The translations under genes were made by a program, and so were the position numbers. This document shows, piece by piece, positions 8,871-16,455 of a stretch of DNA of 64,000 bases. How positions within the stretch are numbered: the first letter of the stretch is position 1; every line of letters starts with the position of its first letter. The notes below the pieces were generated by a model. That model did no database searches and was not told the DNA's origin. It saw nothing but the letters and a program-made list of their open reading frames with translations. This stretch comes from Lysobacterales bacterium. GTDB lineage: Bacteria; Pseudomonadota; Gammaproteobacteria; Xanthomonadales; SZUA-5. The DNA lies in NCBI GenBank assembly GCA_022844165.1, contig JALHMH010000008.1, positions 11,294-75,293 of the forward strand, given 5' to 3'.

Positions 8871-11800
8871 AGACCATTGTGCCGATCTACATCGAGATGC
8901 GGCCGGATGGTGTGCACGTCCAGGCCTTGTTCGATAACGCCGTGACCATGTCCGGCGCGACGCTCGATTCGGCACTGCAGTCGTTCCAGGTGCAATTGCT
9001 GAAGCATTTGCACTCGCTGGCGGTCGAAGCGGACCAACGTGAGTTGACTGCCTGGTTGTCGACGCCGACGTTCACGTTTGAGGTACTCAATGTGCGCGTC
9101 CGCCATGAGGGGCAACAGCACGCCGGGCAATCGTTGCTGGTTCGCTATGAGGCGCTTGGACGCACGCTCGCTTTTACCCCAACCTGGCCCAAGCGGCATT
9201 TCGAACTGGGTGGCGACGAGCCGATCGCGGAGCGCGTAGGCCAGGTGTTCAGTGCCTGGCTCAAGGAGCGCGAGTCGCCGCCGCAACCGGATCAGCTGCT
9301 ACGGCCTGAGCGATTGCGTGCGCGGGTGCGCACACTGGAGCTGGATTGGCAACCGGTAGGTGCGCGAAAGATCGAGCCTGGGCGCGATGCCGCGGCACTC
9401 GGCGGCAATGACGAAGAGTTCGATGGTGGCACCGAGCTGGCCAAAGTGGGCAGCGCGATGCACTCGCGCGAACGCGCGATCGAACGCGAGACCGAGGTGG
9501 CAGCACTGGGCTCGCGCCTGGAGCGCAAAGAAAAGCGCGCAGTACTGCTGGTTGGACAAAGCGGGGTAGGCAAAACATGTTTGCTCCACGAATGGTTGGC
9601 CGTACGCTCGAACGACGCAAAAGCCGCGCGCGTCTGGCACATCGCACCGCAGCGCGTGATCAGCGGTATGAGCTATCTGGGCCAATGGGAGGCGCGCTGG
9701 CTGGCGATGCTGCGTTTTGCTGCGGCCGAAAATGTGGTGCTGTATTTCGACGACTTGCTGGGCCTTTTCAGCGCCGGCTTGAGCTCGGGAAGCACGCTCA
9801 ACATGGGCGATATGCTGCTGCCCTGGATGACCGCCCATCGCGTTCGCGTGCTCGGCGAAATCACGCCCGAGGCCTGGCGCGTACTGCGCGAGCGGCGTCG
9901 CGCCTTTGCCGATCAGTTTTTTGTGATCAACGTCGCGCCGCCGCCACCCGCGGCAACCTGGCGCATCGTGTCGAATTTGCTCCGTGAGTTGGAGCGACGC
10001 TTCGATGTTCGCTACGAGCTCGACTCGATTCCGACGGCACTGGCGTTGGCGGATCGTTACTTTGCGCAGCGCGCATTTCCAGGACGCATTGCCGATGTGT
10101 TGCGGACGCTGAGCGCGCGTTCGGTGGGCGTGTCTTTGACCCGAGCGGCGGTCATTGCCGAGTTCGTGCGTCGTACCGGTAGCGCCGCGAACATCGTCGA
10201 TCTCGATCGACCGCTGACGCGCAGCGAAATCCAGAGCGCACTGCAGGCGCATCTCAAGGGTCAGCCTCAAGCGATCTCGGCGTTAGGCGATGTGCTGCTG
10301 CGGGCCAAAGCAGGGCTCAACGACCCAGATCGGCCATTGGCGACGATGCTGCTGCTCGGCCCCACCGGGGTTGGCAAAACCGCATGCGCCAAAGCACTTG
10401 CCACATATTTGGGCGGCGCGAGCGCGTTGATCCGTATCGATCTCAACGAGTACGCCGAACTCGGCGATGCCGCGCGGTTGGTCGGCACGTTCGCCGCGCC
10501 CGATGGTGTGCTGACTGCCGCGATTCGTCGCCAGCCGAACAGCGTGGTCTTGCTCGACGAGATCGAAAAGGCGGCGCCGGATGTGTTCGATGTGCTGCTG
10601 TCGCTGCTCGACGAGGGCCGGCTCACCGATGCCCACGGTCGCGTGGCGCATTTCCAGCAGGCGGTGATTGTGATGACATCGAACCTCGGCGCGCGCGAGG
10701 CCAGCCGGCAACTCGGGTTCGTCAACACAACGCACAGCGGCGCGACCTATGAAGAAGCTGCGCGGCGCTTTTTCCGGCCAGAGTTTTTCAATCGCATCGA
10801 CTACGTGCTGCCGTTTTCGCCGCTGGGCGACGTTGAGTTGCGGGCGATCACCGAGCAGACGATTGCTGCCGCTTTGGCGCGCAGCGGAATTCGTACGCGC
10901 GAGTGTCTGATCGACATCGATCCGGCAGCCATCGATGCGCTGATGGCGATCGGTCGCGATGCGGCGCTCGGCGCACGTGCGCTAAAGCGCGGCATTGAGC
11001 GTGCCTTGGTGCAGCCACTGGCGCGCGCGCTGGCCGCCAGTCGTTTCGAAGTGCCGACACGTGTGCAGCTGGCAGTGAAACATGGCGAGCTGGTGCTCGA
11101 AGCCGCGCCGATCCACTTTGCGCAGCGCAGTGAGTGTGGAGAGGCGCGTGATGACGATCTGGATGAGCGCGAAGAGCTGGGTCGCATCGGCGAGCGGCTC
11201 GCACAGATCGATGCTGCGCTCGACGAGCACCCTGGCCGTGGCGGCATCACCCTGGATGGCATCGATACCAGGCAAACGCACTACGCGGTATGCCGCGAAC
11301 AACTGCGGGTCGTTGCCGAACTCTTCGAGCGTGCGACACGACCGCAGCCACGCGGTGGGGCAAAACGACTGCCGCGAGTACGCGATCACTTGCAGACGTA
11401 TGTACGCAATGAAACAAGCAAATCCGTGCAAAACGCGCGCGCCGATCTGGCACGCCACGAAATGGCATGGCTCGACGAGGCAAACGCGGCGCCGCTACCC
11501 AAGCTGTCCGGATTGCGTCGCGAACTGGCATGGCTCGAAGCGTTACTGGCGGCACCTGAGCCATCCAGCCAGCGCCTTCGGGTACGCGCATTGAGCGCGC
11601 GCGAACAAGTCGAAGCGGAGGCGATTGCCGGCGCGTTGGCTGCCGCTTTGGCGCGGCTTATCGGGTGCCAGGAAGCTCACGCTGTGAATAGCGAGTTGAG
11701 CGTCGCTGGTTTTGCGCTTGCGCCGTTGTTGGCGGCAGAAACCGGATATTGGTTACGCCGCGACGAGGGCTTGGCGCTAATCGAAGTGAGCGGCGAGACG

Positions 11801-11932
11801 TCGGCCGCCACACACATCATCCGCGTCAGCCGCGGCCGCCGGCATGTGGACGTACGCCATGGCCTGGAAATCGAGGGACTCGACGATGCCGAATCGCTGC
11901 GGCGTTTTTTGCTGCAGGGGCTATTGCGATGA
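8867..11932 (+). CDS. ClpA/ClpB-like double AAA+ ATPase, subunit 2 (1021 aa), with release-factor-like C-terminal domain
   Basis: GTG start in GTGA overlap with the upstream stop. D1 GQSGVGKT; D2 GPTGVGKT, LLDEIEKAAP, RPEFFNRID, LGARALKR. C-terminal LLAAETG and VDVRHGLE. Confidence 0.85.
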   Translation: MKTIVPIYIEMRPDGVHVQALFDNAVTMSGATLDSALQSFQVQLLKHLHSLAVEADQRELTAWLSTPTFTFEVLNVRVRHEGQQHAGQSLLVRYEALGRTLAFTPTWPKRHFELGGDEPIAERVGQVFSAWLKERESPPQPDQLLRPERLRARVRTLELDWQPVGARKIEPGRDAAALGGNDEEFDGGTELAKVGSAMHSRERAIERETEVAALGSRLERKEKRAVLLVGQSGVGKTCLLHEWLAVRSNDAKAARVWHIAPQRVISGMSYLGQWEARWLAMLRFAAAENVVLYFDDLLGLFSAGLSSGSTLNMGDMLLPWMTAHRVRVLGEITPEAWRVLRERRRAFADQFFVINVAPPPPAATWRIVSNLLRELERRFDVRYELDSIPTALALADRYFAQRAFPGRIADVLRTLSARSVGVSLTRAAVIAEFVRRTGSAANIVDLDRPLTRSEIQSALQAHLKGQPQAISALGDVLLRAKAGLNDPDRPLATMLLLGPTGVGKTACAKALATYLGGASALIRIDLNEYAELGDAARLVGTFAAPDGVLTAAIRRQPNSVVLLDEIEKAAPDVFDVLLSLLDEGRLTDAHGRVAHFQQAVIVMTSNLGAREASRQLGFVNTTHSGATYEEAARRFFRPEFFNRIDYVLPFSPLGDVELRAITEQTIAAALARSGIRTRECLIDIDPAAIDALMAIGRDAALGARALKRGIERALVQPLARALAASRFEVPTRVQLAVKHGELVLEAAPIHFAQRSECGEARDDDLDEREELGRIGERLAQIDAALDEHPGRGGITLDGIDTRQTHYAVCREQLRVVAELFERATRPQPRGGAKRLPRVRDHLQTYVRNETSKSVQNARADLARHEMAWLDEANAAPLPKLSGLRRELAWLEALLAAPEPSSQRLRVRALSAREQVEAEAIAGALAAALARLIGCQEAHAVNSELSVAGFALAPLLAAETGYWLRRDEGLALIEVSGETSAATHIIRVSRGRRHVDVRHGLEIEGLDDAESLRRFLLQGLLR

Positions 11933-14157
11933 GCGCGCGTACGCCGATCTTGCAATGGCGCGATCCACAAGGCGGCTGGCATGGTGTGTTATTGGGCGAC
12001 GATCTGTACGCGAACGCCTGGGCAAGCGACAAGCGCGATCTGCACAACGAGCTGCGAGAATTGCATGCATGGATTGCGGCGAACGCTTCGTGGCGCCTCA
12101 ACGAGCATGACGAAGCTGAGCTGATTTGGGTCAAGATCGAAGCGCGTGCTCGTTTCAGGCTGCGCGAGCGCATCTTTCCCGTTGACCCACTGCCGCTGCG
12201 CATTCCCTGTGTGCGCGCGTCGGATGATCGGGATCAGCTTTGGTGTTTGCAGCCGCAACTCTATTTGCGCTTCGATATCGATCGCGGTGCCGAGTTCAAA
12301 GCATTGGCCAAACACTACGCGCAGGAAGCGTTGCGCGATGCCGATCCTATGCAGCTGGCGCTGATGCTGCCGCCCGACGACTGCACGATCGAATGGTTGA
12401 GCGCACCGCTACGCGAGCGGCGCAGCTCGACAAGAATCGAGGATCACCCGCGGCTGAAGGTGCTGTTCGAGTGCGCCGAACCGGCGCTCAAAGATCGTCG
12501 CCTTCTTGGCGCGGCGCTTGGTCGCGAACGCGAGGCGGTGGCTCTGGCGGAGCGCTTGGCGGCCAAGCGTGGCAATGTGCTCCTTGTTGGCCCTCGCGGT
12601 GTTGGCAAGACCACACTGCTGCTCGACGCCGTGCGCCGCTGGCTGCGCGTCCAGGATGGCGACACAGATCTCAAAGACTATCGAATGTGGCGCATCAGCG
12701 GTGCGCGTATCGTCGCCGGCATGCTGTACCTCGGGCAATGGCAAGAGCGCTGCGAAGCGCTGGTGTCTGCCATGGGATTCGCACGAGGCTTCCTGGCGGT
12801 CGAGAGCCTGGCCGAGCTGACCCAGGTGGGCGGACAAAACCCGGAGAGCAGCGTTGCTGCCTTTCTCGCGCCGTTCCTCGCACGCGGTGAGTTGCGGCTG
12901 GTGGCTGAGGCCACCGCCGATGAGTTCGATGCATGCCGTCGATTGCTGTCGGGATTCGTCGATCAATTCGAAGTAGTGCGTGTCGAAGGCTTCGTCGGCG
13001 CGGCCGCACAAACGCTGATGCGCGATATCGCGCGCACGCTCGGCAGCAGCGGCCGTGGCGCGCTCGATGCGGGCGTGGCCGACGTGGTGTTGGCGTTACA
13101 CCAGCGTTTCCAACCAGGCGCCTGTGTCCCCGGCCCGGCCGTGCGGCTACTGCGAGAACTGGCACTCAAGGTCCGCCGCGAACCGGTAGGCGTGGATAGC
13201 GCGATAGCGGCATTCGCAGCGCGCAGCGGCTTGCCACAAGCCTTGTTGCGCGATGACGTGCTGCTGCGCTTCGAAGACGTACGCGACGCACTCTCGAGCA
13301 AAGTCATCGGCCAACCGCAGGCGATTGCGGCCGCCGCTCAGTGCATCGTGACGCTGAAGGCGGGGCTCAACGATCCGGGTCGCCCGGTTGCTGTGCTGTT
13401 GCTGACGGGCCCGACGGGCACCGGCAAGACGGCATTGGCGCGAGCGCTAGCTGCGTATTGTTTCGGCGATGCGCAAGAACGTTTGCTGCGCCTGGACATG
13501 AGCGAGTACGCGGGTTTCGATGCCTTAGCGCGTCTGGTCGGTGGTGAGGATGGGCGCGCGCCGCGTTGGCTGCAAAGCATCGAACGCCAGCCGTTCTCGG
13601 TGATACTTTTCGACGAAATCGAAAAAGCCGCGCCAGAAGTCTTCGATGCATTACTTGGTCTGCTCGATGAGGGCCGCATCAGCGATCGCTTCGGCCGCGG
13701 CTACGATTTCACCAGCGCGATCATCGTGCTGACGTCGAACCTGGGCGCGAGCGCCAGTGCCACGATCGGTTTCGCGGCGTCGGCACAAGACGGTTTCGAT
13801 CACGCCGCGCGTACTTTTTTCCGGCCAGAGTTCTACAACCGGCTCGACGCCGTGATCAGCTACGGCCAACTCGATCGAAACAGCATGCGCGCGATCGCCC
13901 GCAAGGAGCTTGAAGACCTGAGCCGGCGCGATGGCCTGGTCGAGCGGGGTTTGTCGCTCGTCTGGGACGAGGAGATCGTCGAGTACCTGGCGAGTGTCGG
14001 CTTTGACCCGCAATACGGCGCCCGGCCGCTACAGCGGGCCTTGGATGCGCATATCGTGAGTGCCATTGCTATCTGGCGTCTGGCACATCCGGAGGTGCGC
14101 GATGTTGCGTTGCGCATCGCACTTGTGGAGGGCGATCCCTACATCGCTGTCGTATAG
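11929..14157 (+). CDS. ClpA/ClpB-like double AAA+ ATPase, subunit 3 (742 aa), no C-terminal extension
   Basis: ATG in ATGA overlap. D1 GPRGVGKT; D2 GPTGTGKT, RLDMSEY, ILFDEIEKAAP, RPEFYNRLD, GFDPQYGARPLQR. Confidence 0.88.
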   Translation: MSARTPILQWRDPQGGWHGVLLGDDLYANAWASDKRDLHNELRELHAWIAANASWRLNEHDEAELIWVKIEARARFRLRERIFPVDPLPLRIPCVRASDDRDQLWCLQPQLYLRFDIDRGAEFKALAKHYAQEALRDADPMQLALMLPPDDCTIEWLSAPLRERRSSTRIEDHPRLKVLFECAEPALKDRRLLGAALGREREAVALAERLAAKRGNVLLVGPRGVGKTTLLLDAVRRWLRVQDGDTDLKDYRMWRISGARIVAGMLYLGQWQERCEALVSAMGFARGFLAVESLAELTQVGGQNPESSVAAFLAPFLARGELRLVAEATADEFDACRRLLSGFVDQFEVVRVEGFVGAAAQTLMRDIARTLGSSGRGALDAGVADVVLALHQRFQPGACVPGPAVRLLRELALKVRREPVGVDSAIAAFAARSGLPQALLRDDVLLRFEDVRDALSSKVIGQPQAIAAAAQCIVTLKAGLNDPGRPVAVLLLTGPTGTGKTALARALAAYCFGDAQERLLRLDMSEYAGFDALARLVGGEDGRAPRWLQSIERQPFSVILFDEIEKAAPEVFDALLGLLDEGRISDRFGRGYDFTSAIIVLTSNLGASASATIGFAASAQDGFDHAARTFFRPEFYNRLDAVISYGQLDRNSMRAIARKELEDLSRRDGLVERGLSLVWDEEIVEYLASVGFDPQYGARPLQRALDAHIVSAIAIWRLAHPEVRDVALRIALVEGDPYIAVV

Positions 14158-14223
14158 CGCGGACATCTTGCATTTTCCGCGCGCCGCGGACGATGCTATG
14201 CCGCAAGAAACAGGAGCTGACCC

Positions 14224-15069
14224 ATGCCGACGTTTCATATCAATCGCACCAAGGCATTTATCGATGCCATTGCAGCCGACACACGCCGCAAGTTGTCGCC
14301 GGCCCTGTTCGTCGGCGATTCGTGGTTTCAATATCCACTGCGCTCGTACCGTGATCTGCAAGGTCGCATCAGCCACCATTTCCATCATCAGCTGATCGGA
14401 ATCGATGACAGTTACCCAGGTCGGGATGCCGATGAGATTCCGGGTCTGGCGAAGCGTTGGTTCAATCTCGCCGGTGAATTGAAGGCCATGCGGCATCCAT
14501 TGAAGTTGATCATGCTGTCGTTGGGCGGTAACGACATCATCGGTCAGGACTTTGGTCGGCACTTGTTTGCCAGCGATCAGTCGCAGACACCCAACTGGCC
14601 TTGGCAACCTGTGATTCCCGATATCTGTTCGCGGCGCATCAACTTCACTGAACTCGGCAACAGCTTCGAGACAGTGCGTGCGGCGTATCAGATCATGATC
14701 GATCTGCGCGACAGCCAGGCGCCTGACGCGAGCATTTTGACCCACACTTATGCGGACATTACGCCGAGCGCAACGCCATACAAATTCGCCGGTTTGCCGG
14801 TAGCCGGGCCGTGGTTGCACAAGCCGCTGGTGAAGGTCGGTATCCGCAAGGCCAGTGAGCAGCGCGAGATGTCGCGCTGGCTGTTGGCGTCGTTTGCGGC
14901 GCTGTTGCACGATATCGCCGCCAGCACCAACGACTTTGTGGTGCTCGACAGTCGCAATGAGTTGCCGGACTTTGCCGGCTGGTGGGACAACGAAATCCAC
15001 CCATTGGGCAAAGGGTTCAAACATCTCGCCGACAAGTACTGGATTCCTGCGGTCGGCGCAGCGCTTTGA
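14224..15069 (+). CDS. SGNH/GDSL-type hydrolase, no signal peptide
   Basis: Block I GDSWF, block III LSLGGNDI, block V DNEIHP; AGGAG RBS upstream. Confidence 0.8.
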   Translation: MPTFHINRTKAFIDAIAADTRRKLSPALFVGDSWFQYPLRSYRDLQGRISHHFHHQLIGIDDSYPGRDADEIPGLAKRWFNLAGELKAMRHPLKLIMLSLGGNDIIGQDFGRHLFASDQSQTPNWPWQPVIPDICSRRINFTELGNSFETVRAAYQIMIDLRDSQAPDASILTHTYADITPSATPYKFAGLPVAGPWLHKPLVKVGIRKASEQREMSRWLLASFAALLHDIAASTNDFVVLDSRNELPDFAGWWDNEIHPLGKGFKHLADKYWIPAVGAAL

Positions 15070-15139
15070 GGCGGTCGCGCGCCCGCCATGGTTATGCGCG
15101 CAACGTGATTCGAACAACACACAACAGTGCGAGGTGCTT

Positions 15140-15241
15140 ATGAGCAAAGGTATGAATCAAAAGAAGCAAACGAAGAAAGAACCGCTCAAGACCGCCAAGG
15201 AAAAGAAGGCGGAAAAGCGCGAGAAAAAAGCAAGCAAATAA
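15140..15241 (+). CDS. Small lysine-rich basic protein, 33 aa (MSKGMNQKKQTKKEPLKTAKEKKAEKREKKASK)
   Basis: GAGGTG RBS at 15131-15136, ATG 15140, TAA 15239-15241, terminator hairpin immediately after. Confidence 0.75.
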   Translation: MSKGMNQKKQTKKEPLKTAKEKKAEKREKKASK

Positions 15242-15737
15242 TATTCGTCGACAGCGCCCGGCATTCCCGGGCGTTGTCGACTGTTTTGGCGTTCGGCAAG
15301 CTCTGCACGCTTTTGCCAGTTCTATATCGGCGTTGCTCGCTAGTGAAGACGCGCTCATCCCGCGAGCTGCCAACCATGTTCTCACGTATGGCGATGTGGC
15401 GATCGAACAGGGCCTGTTGTTCAGTATTGATACTGTTGCGAATTGCGGCATCGGTGTTCTGCCGCAGACTTCGCATCTGCGCCTGCAACTGCCCGGTCAC
15501 GATTTCCTGCTTCGAGACGACGGCACTGTCGTTGGCGATTCGTGCGCGGCGCAATACGCGCATTTCGCGGTTGTACTCGCCGCGTACGCTGGCCATGGTC
15601 TTGCGGTAATCGGCCTCTATTGCATTCACTAGCCGTGCCTGATCGGGCGTCAGCTGCAGGGCCGATTGCAGAGTGGCATCGGCATGCGCGGCGCCAGTCA
15701 AGAGTAGTAGCAGTCCAAGCCAAATTCGCAGTACCAT
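15186..15737 (-). CDS. Periplasmic Spy/CpxP-like (LTxxQ) helical protein; C-terminal ~50 aa may be read-through
   Basis: GAGGA RBS; signal peptide MVLRIWLGLLLLLTGAAHA; LQLTPDQ and INTEQQ motifs flanking a helical core. Confidence 0.7.
   Translation of the reverse strand: MVLRIWLGLLLLLTGAAHADATLQSALQLTPDQARLVNAIEADYRKTMASVRGEYNREMRVLRRARIANDSAVVSKQEIVTGQLQAQMRSLRQNTDAAIRNSINTEQQALFDRHIAIRENMVGSSRDERVFTSEQRRYRTGKSVQSLPNAKTVDNARECRALSTNIICLLFSRAFPPSFPWRS
15247..15287 (+). terminator. Intrinsic terminator
   Basis: Stem GTCGACAGCGCCCGG / loop CATTC / CCGGGCGTTGTCGAC followed by TGTTTT. Confidence 0.7.
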
Positions 15738-15780
15738 CAGTTTTCCTCGCAAATGGGTGCCATTGCCCGTTGGCAATGAG

Positions 15781-15806
15781 TACGCACTCGGCAGCGCGAA
15801 ACGACA
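15781..15806 (-). promoter_or_regulatory. Putative ECF promoter, copy 1: TGTCG-TTTCGCGCTGCCGAG-TGCGTA
   Basis: Ends 44 nt upstream of the Spy-like ATG; same motif and spacing at 19148-19173(-), 19265-19290(+) and 23634-23659(+). Confidence 0.7.
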
Positions 15807-15861
15807 GCGCCCTATTCGAAGCTCAACACCGAATCGGCCTCGCTCCAGCTAGAATCTGCTC

Positions 15862-16434
15862 ATGGACGAAAAGCACTTTGCGGAATCACTGCGTGCGTGG
15901 GCCAATGGCGATGGCGATGCCGGCGATGCGCTGTATGCCATGGCTTACGACGAACTCAAGACGGTGGCGCGGCGCAGTCTTCGTTCCTACGGCCGTGGCG
16001 ATCAATTGAGCACAACCATGCTCGTCAACGAGTGCTATCTGAAGCTTGCGCGTGGCGGCGTATTGGGTCCGGAGACGCAGCAACACTTCATGGCGCTGTG
16101 CGCACGGGCGATGCGTCAGATCATCGTCGATTCGGCGCGGCGCCAGCTTAGCGAAAAGCGCGATGCGGCGGCGTTGGATGAAGACGATTTTGCCGCCTTG
16201 CGGCCCGAGTCCGCGATGCATCTCTCGCCGGAGGCGATCGCTTCGCTCGACCAGGCGCTGCATGATCTGGATCGTCGCGACCCGCGCCTGGCGCGCATCG
16301 CCGAATGCCGCATTTTCAGCGGTATGGAGTGCGCCGATATCGCGGCGGTGATGAATGTCACCGAACGCACCGTTCAGCGCGAGTGGCAACGCGTCAAGGC
16401 ACTCCTGGCGCTGGTGCTGGAAAATCGCGAATGA
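15862..16434 (+). CDS. ECF sigma factor of the kinase-associated type (EcfK/ECF43-like, TIGR02999-like)
   Basis: YDELKTVARR, LSTTMLVNECYLKL, AMRQIIVDSARRQLSEKR, C-terminal HTH IAAVMNVTERTVQREW. TAGAAT lies 6 nt before the ATG, so probably leaderless. Confidence 0.9.
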   Translation: MDEKHFAESLRAWANGDGDAGDALYAMAYDELKTVARRSLRSYGRGDQLSTTMLVNECYLKLARGGVLGPETQQHFMALCARAMRQIIVDSARRQLSEKRDAAALDEDDFAALRPESAMHLSPEAIASLDQALHDLDRRDPRLARIAECRIFSGMECADIAAVMNVTERTVQREWQRVKALLALVLENRE

Positions 16435-16455
16435 GGCCCACAGGCAACCAACGCG

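Noticed and set aside
5778-14157. Calling the ATPases clpA, clpB or T6SS clpV
   Set aside because: No Clp N-domain or middle domain, degenerate D1 Walker B, no GYVG loop and no T6SS genes in the window.
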